Assembly: GCA_964568875.1 (NCBI GenBank)
Contig: CAZMSH010000003.1
Coordinates: 32,761 to 96,760, forward strand
From: an uncultured Rikenellaceae bacterium
GTDB lineage: Bacteria > Bacteroidota > Bacteroidia > Bacteroidales > VadinHA17
DNA length: 64,000 nucleotides
Reading direction: 5' to 3'
Shown: positions 59,632 to 64,000 of the stretch, one piece after another
Position numbering within the stretch: position 1 is the stretch's first letter
How the letters are laid out: each line of letters opens with the position of its first letter
The notes under the pieces: generated by a model
What the model was told of the DNA's origin: nothing
The model's input: the letters and a program-made list of their open reading frames with translations, nothing else
Database searches by the model: none
Translations under genes and position numbers: made by a program

Positions 59632-60321
59632 TCAGAAGAAGATACCAAGCCTGAATCTGATTAACCTGACAACACTCTTGTCAGCTGGCTGTCCGGTATT
59701 ATCTATGGTCACGTCGGTAAAACCGCTTTCATACCCGACTCCGACTATCAGTAGTGTTGAACCTCCTATAGAGTATTCTGTTCCGGCCTGTAAATGATAA
59801 CCCAGATGAAACTTGCTTATCTCGTTCGACCCGGCTTCTTTTTCAATTCCGGCAGCAGGTATTGAGATGGTGCCCTTATTCAGAAAACCGGCATCGAGAC
59901 CTGCGTCGGTGAATATTGCCAGATAGCCTATCTGGTTAGTTCTTAGTCTGAGCCCTGCCGGAATGATTATGTACGAGGCAGAGTAGATGGCTTTGTCTCC
60001 CGGAGCGACAGTGGTCTGGAAGTTTGTAAATTCGAAGGTAGTCTCCTGGGTCGAGCTCTGTACGCCCCCTGTTTTCAGGTAGGATAAACCGGTTGAGAAA
60101 GCATAGTTCCTGCCGAAATAGTAGTTGATGGCAAGACCGCCGGAGAACCCTGCCCTCAGTCCTCCCCCTGAAATATTATCTGCATCGGATGAGATCCAGC
60201 CAACCAGAGGATCACCGTAAAGTCCGAGATGCAGCTGCTGACCCCTTACGTTTTCTATATTAAGTGCGCTGACAGTTATTACGACTGCCATTAATCTGAG
60301 ATAAGTTATAATATTCTTCAT
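59632..60321 (-). CDS. Small outer-membrane beta-barrel protein (PorT/OmpA-like porin family)
   Basis: Signal peptide, alternating beta-strand pattern, C-terminal aromatic terminus (RLGIFF). Confidence 0.6.
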   Translation of the reverse strand: MKNIITYLRLMAVVITVSALNIENVRGQQLHLGLYGDPLVGWISSDADNISGGGLRAGFSGGLAINYYFGRNYAFSTGLSYLKTGGVQSSTQETTFEFTNFQTTVAPGDKAIYSASYIIIPAGLRLRTNQIGYLAIFTDAGLDAGFLNKGTISIPAAGIEKEAGSNEISKFHLGYHLQAGTEYSIGGSTLLIVGVGYESGFTDVTIDNTGQPADKSVVRLIRFRLGIFF

Positions 60322-60486
60322 AGCCAGATCGTTTTGATTGCAAAATTAACAAAAATCCAGGGTAATGATAAGAATTATGGGCATTAACTCCGGTCCTGCA
60401 CAGTTACTTTATGCCTCTGAAGCCGGGAGTATGGTGTCGCGAATTTATTTTAATTGTTACTTTGCGGTTACGATAATAAGTGTGAT

Positions 60487-61500
60487 ATGAAGCGGTTTTT
60501 TATTCTCATGACTCTTGTTTCTGCAATTATGATTTTATCGTGCAGAAGAAATGAGTATGTTGTTGATTTGTCGGGAATCAATGTTGACCTTTCCATTATG
60601 CGCCTTGAGGAAGATCTCTTTTCTGTTGATTCAGGGTCAGTTAAGGAGAGAGCTCCCGGGTTGATTAATAAATATGGTGATTTTATGCAGCTTTTCAGTT
60701 ATGTAATAAATACCGGCGATGTTGAAAGTCCGACATGGCATGAGTATTTATCGATGTTTGTCAACGACAGGCTGAATAACGAGGTATATGCTGCCGTAGA
60801 GGCCGTTTACTCTGATATAGGCGATATTGAAGAGGATTTAATTCAGGCCTTCAGGCATTACAGGTATTATTTTCCTGAAGAGGTTGTACCGTCGGTATAT
60901 ACTTGTATTACAGGATTTAACAACAGCATAATAATAGGTGATTCAGTTCTGGGTATTGGTCTTGACAGGTATCTTGGTCCGGAGACTGAGTTTTACAGCA
61001 GGCTTGGTATCTACAAATATCTTACTCTCAGGATGGACAGGCCTTATATTGTTCCTGACTGTATGTATGCCTGGGCAACGACGGAATGGGATTATCATGA
61101 ATTGGAGTATGGTGCTGACAATGTGTTTTCCAGGATCATACATGAGGGAAAGTTGCATTATTTTGTCAGGAGAATGCTTCCTCAGGCTGATGAAGAGGTT
61201 ATCTTCGGGTTTACTGCTGATCAGATGAAGTTTTGCAGGAACAATGAGGATCTTATGTGGACCTATCTTGTAGAGCATGACCTGCTTTTTTCAACCGATC
61301 AGCTGGTTGTGAGGAAGCTTACAGGTGTAGCACCGTTCACATCATATTTTACGAATGAATCACCCGGAAAGGCTGCGGTATGGATTGGTTTCAGGATAGT
61401 TGACCAGTATATGAAGAGAAACCCGGGTGTGGCTCTTGGTGATCTTATGGCGATGACCGACTACCAGCAGTTATTGTCAGGAGCAAAATATAACCCGTAA
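60487..61500 (+). CDS. gldB: Gliding-motility lipoprotein GldB-like
   Basis: Lipobox IMILSCRRN with the start at MKRFFIL (60487). GldB-like layout (RLEEDLF near the N-terminus; C-terminal FTNESPGKAAVWIGFRIVDQYM). Confidence 0.7.
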   Translation: MKRFFILMTLVSAIMILSCRRNEYVVDLSGINVDLSIMRLEEDLFSVDSGSVKERAPGLINKYGDFMQLFSYVINTGDVESPTWHEYLSMFVNDRLNNEVYAAVEAVYSDIGDIEEDLIQAFRHYRYYFPEEVVPSVYTCITGFNNSIIIGDSVLGIGLDRYLGPETEFYSRLGIYKYLTLRMDRPYIVPDCMYAWATTEWDYHELEYGADNVFSRIIHEGKLHYFVRRMLPQADEEVIFGFTADQMKFCRNNEDLMWTYLVEHDLLFSTDQLVVRKLTGVAPFTSYFTNESPGKAAVWIGFRIVDQYMKRNPGVALGDLMAMTDYQQLLSGAKYNP

Positions 61501-61503
61501 AAA

Positions 61504-61542
61504 AAGGCGGGCCATATCTGGCACCGCCTTAAAGATTTTTTT
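61504..61542. terminator. Bidirectional intrinsic terminator between gldB and the ferredoxin gene
   Basis: AAGGCGG (61504-61510) pairs with CCGCCTT (61524-61530), with an inner GCC/GGC extension. An A-run lies upstream and AAAGATTTTTTT downstream. Confidence 0.7.
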
Positions 61543-61554
61543 ATTGATTGCCTG

Positions 61555-61722
61555 TTATTCGGGGTGGATAGCCTCTACCGGACAGACGTCGGCGCAGGCT
61601 CCGCAATCGGTGCATATATCGGGGTCGATTTTATAGATGTCTCCCTCGGATATTGCCTCAACCGGGCACTCATCGATACAGGTTCCGCAAGCGGTGCAAT
61701 CATCAGTGATAACGTAAGCCAT
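61555..61722 (-). CDS. 2x[4Fe-4S] ferredoxin, 55 aa (not in the supplied ORF track)
   Basis: My minus-strand translation gives MAYVITDDCTACGTCIDECPVEAISEGDIYKIDPDICTDCGACADVCPVEAIHPE, with two CxxCxxCxxxCP motifs. Confidence 0.9.
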   Translation of the reverse strand: MAYVITDDCTACGTCIDECPVEAISEGDIYKIDPDICTDCGACADVCPVEAIHPE

Positions 61723-61834
61723 GATCTCTATTCTTTTTGGTTAATGAAAATTCAATGTGTCACAAAAATACTTTTAAATTTTATTTTCCCAAAATTTCAA
61801 AAACTATTTGAAAGCATATTTAGGCGATCATGCT

Positions 61835-64000
61835 TCAGAAGTCGAGGCTGAAGCTGAGGTAGAACACTGGGGGCATCCGGTATTTGTTTTCTATACCCCA
61901 GGCATAATCAGCCCTTACAAAGTATCCGAATACCTGTGCACGTATACCGGCTCCGTAACCTGCCACTATCGGATCGCGGTTACTGTCGAGCACCACAGTA
62001 ATCGGCCCGCTCACAATAGTTTCGGTATCGTATGCATTTTCTCCCGCCCAGGGATGGATGCCTGACCATGCAGTACCGATATCTCCGAACGCGATAACCT
62101 GGAGGCTGTTAAGAAAATTGTTCTTAAGAGGATGGCCTGCAAAGTATCTGATAAAAGGCCAGCGTATTTCGCTGTTTATCAGGGTGAAATTGTTGCCGTT
62201 GCGTACGTTCTGGATGAATCCCCTCATATTGGTGGCAATAGCCTGGAACCCGTAATTCTGTGTAGGGTCGACGGGGATTGAATTGTCGAACATGCCGTTT
62301 GGATTGAAAAGGAAGCCCATCCAGTTGTCGACGCCTCCGAGGTAGTATATTAATTTTGTAGGCCCGAATGATGTACTTGCAGCAAACCTGTTTGCCCATA
62401 TCAGCTCGCGGTGGATTTTCAGGTAATGCCTGAAGTCAGCTCCAACCACGAACATATCAGATTTCTTTGTTGTAACCTCGCGGTAGTATTCTCCGAAAAT
62501 CTTGAAGCGGGTTCCGTAGTAAATATTGACAGCTCTTTTGCGGGTGTTGTCATAAACAGCCTCTGCCTTAAGGCCTGCCCAGTGACGATTAACAGTGGGC
62601 TCTGATAGAGATGCCATATCGGTTGACAATATGGTGTACCTGTCGTATCTGTAAATCATGGTGCCCTTCAGAGCAAATGCTTCGGTAAAAGGCTTCGACA
62701 GGGTCAGGTAGTTGTTGTGACTGTGAATCTTGTAGTAATTCTCCTCATTCGACGTAGTAAATGATTGTCTGTGGAATAGATACTGTTTGTCATATTTTCC
62801 TTTGAGGCTTTCAAGACTTAGCAGGTATTCGTTGCTGTCAAAATTGCCGGAGAATCTGAAACCGCCAGTGACCTTGAAATTTTCAAACAGGTCCACTGTT
62901 CCGATTTTGGTAAGAAGATTGAGGCCGGGATTAAAATAGGGTGCTCCTCCGTTGAAAGCCTGGTATGAGTTGTTCAGGAAACTGAAGTCGACCTGGCTTG
63001 CCACGTAATTATTGTAGAAGGCGGTCAGATAGACACGTTCTTCAGGGAATGACATTCGCCCTGTATCAAGGTCGATGTCCATATAATCCTTCTTCCAAAG
63101 CTGTTCGTAGTAGTTCTGTTTTTCCTTTTCGAAGACATAGTGGTTTATATCGATCGGCTCGTCTGTGAGGTAGTACTCATAGAGTGGTTTTGTAAGAGTG
63201 TCACGTCGTTTTCTGTCTTCCTCGATAAGCCATTGCCTGATCCTGTCAATTGAGTCAGCCCTGTGCAGGAATTCGTTTCTCTCCTCCCTGTAGCGGGTGT
63301 CTGTTATGTTTTCCTCTGGTATAGTGGCAGCGTTTGATGATGCCCTTCCTATTCTGAATCTGTCCTCGCGTATTGACACTTCTGCAGAAATGTCGTTGCC
63401 TGCATCATAGTCGTAATCGAGAATTGAGAACCTGTAATCGGTTACGGGTTCAGACCTGATAAAGTATCTGTAGTGGGTAATTGTATCAATATAACTTATG
63501 GTACTGTCGAGAGTGCCGAGGAACCTGTTGTACACTCCGTTGTCATTCCCTATGAATGTAATACCACGGTTCAGGGTCTCATCCGGCATTAAACGGTCAC
63601 TGAAATTCTCATCTGATAATCGCTGCAACAGATTGCCGGGGCTGTTAAGCCGGTATGAGAACAGATTGAATACATAATCGGTTTTTTCAAGCGGATCTCC
63701 GGTATTGCTGAGGGTATCACTCAGCCTGTTAGAGGAGAATAGTATCTCATTATTTCTGTTTTTCAGGAACACCGGATGTAGATCGTCGGCTACATCATTG
63801 GTGATCTGGTCGTTTGTCGCAGATGCAATTGTGTGAATATAGATGTCTGTCATGCCGTTGCGCACTGCCGACATAACCAGTTTAGTTCCGTCAGGGGAGT
63901 ATTCGAAGGAGAGAACCTTCTCAAAGTAGAGCAGGTTTAGTTCCTGGATACTCTTTTCATCGGTGCGGTAGAAGTAGATTTTTAATGCTCCCTTTTCTTC
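61835..64000 (-). CDS. PD40 (TolB-like beta-propeller) repeat protein fused to an Omp85/BamA-like C-terminal beta-barrel; N-terminus lies beyond the window
   Basis: The frame stays open upstream of the listed Met to nt 64000 (…YFYRTDEKSIQELNLLYFEKVLSFEYSPDGTKLVMSAV…; YSPDG is a PD40 hallmark). The C-terminal region is beta-rich and ends YLSFSLDF. Confidence 0.5.
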   Translation of the reverse strand, partial: EEKGALKIYFYRTDEKSIQELNLLYFEKVLSFEYSPDGTKLVMSAVRNGMTDIYIHTIASATNDQITNDVADDLHPVFLKNRNNEILFSSNRLSDTLSNTGDPLEKTDYVFNLFSYRLNSPGNLLQRLSDENFSDRLMPDETLNRGITFIGNDNGVYNRFLGTLDSTISYIDTITHYRYFIRSEPVTDYRFSILDYDYDAGNDISAEVSIREDRFRIGRASSNAATIPEENITDTRYREERNEFLHRADSIDRIRQWLIEEDRKRRDTLTKPLYEYYLTDEPIDINHYVFEKEKQNYYEQLWKKDYMDIDLDTGRMSFPEERVYLTAFYNNYVASQVDFSFLNNSYQAFNGGAPYFNPGLNLLTKIGTVDLFENFKVTGGFRFSGNFDSNEYLLSLESLKGKYDKQYLFHRQSFTTSNEENYYKIHSHNNYLTLSKPFTEAFALKGTMIYRYDRYTILSTDMASLSEPTVNRHWAGLKAEAVYDNTRKRAVNIYYGTRFKIFGEYYREVTTKKSDMFVVGADFRHYLKIHRELIWANRFAASTSFGPTKLIYYLGGVDNWMGFLFNPNGMFDNSIPVDPTQNYGFQAIATNMRGFIQNVRNGNNFTLINSEIRWPFIRYFAGHPLKNNFLNSLQVIAFGDIGTAWSGIHPWAGENAYDTETIVSGPITVVLDSNRDPIVAGYGAGIRAQVFGYFVRADYAWGIENKYRMPPVFYLSFSLDF

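Overview
This window looks like a chromosomal segment of a Bacteroidota genome. Supporting evidence is the SusC/SusD pair, T9SS C-terminal sorting domains, GldB, a MurF-Alr fusion and TAnnTTTG-type promoter boxes. All calls come from reading the translated ORFs and the DNA; no database search was run.

Layout:
- 1-16 kb is a polysaccharide-utilisation-type locus on the + strand. It holds susC (5' truncated), susD, a DUF1735-like surface protein, a secreted HExxH/beta-helix/T9SS protein, a GH127-like beta-L-arabinofuranosidase, a 934-aa unknown secreted protein, a lipoprotein mutarotase and a GH51-like alpha-L-arabinofuranosidase.
- 16-64 kb is mostly housekeeping: rsmF-like, fhs, GH2 lacZ, gcvP, ddl, rluD, rpmH, rsmG, tgt, ispE, dnaB, rsmI, tdk, murF-alr, nadE and gldB. 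Uncharacterised envelope proteins are interspersed.
- I found no rRNA, tRNA, CRISPR array, transposase or integrase.
- Two small genes are absent from the ORF track: rpmH (39744-39902) and a 2x[4Fe-4S] ferredoxin (61555-61722).

Most notable unexplained structure:
- A set of short-period (7-9 bp) degenerate tandem-repeat arrays fills several intergenic spacers.
- Two inverted copies of a GC-rich core element are embedded in such arrays and bracket the elbB-thpR-sugar transferase block.
- The arabinofuranosidase locus pairs its enzymes with a zincin-like protein and a large unknown protein.

I did not recognise a defence or toxin system. The candidate novel-system calls are inferences and are scored accordingly.
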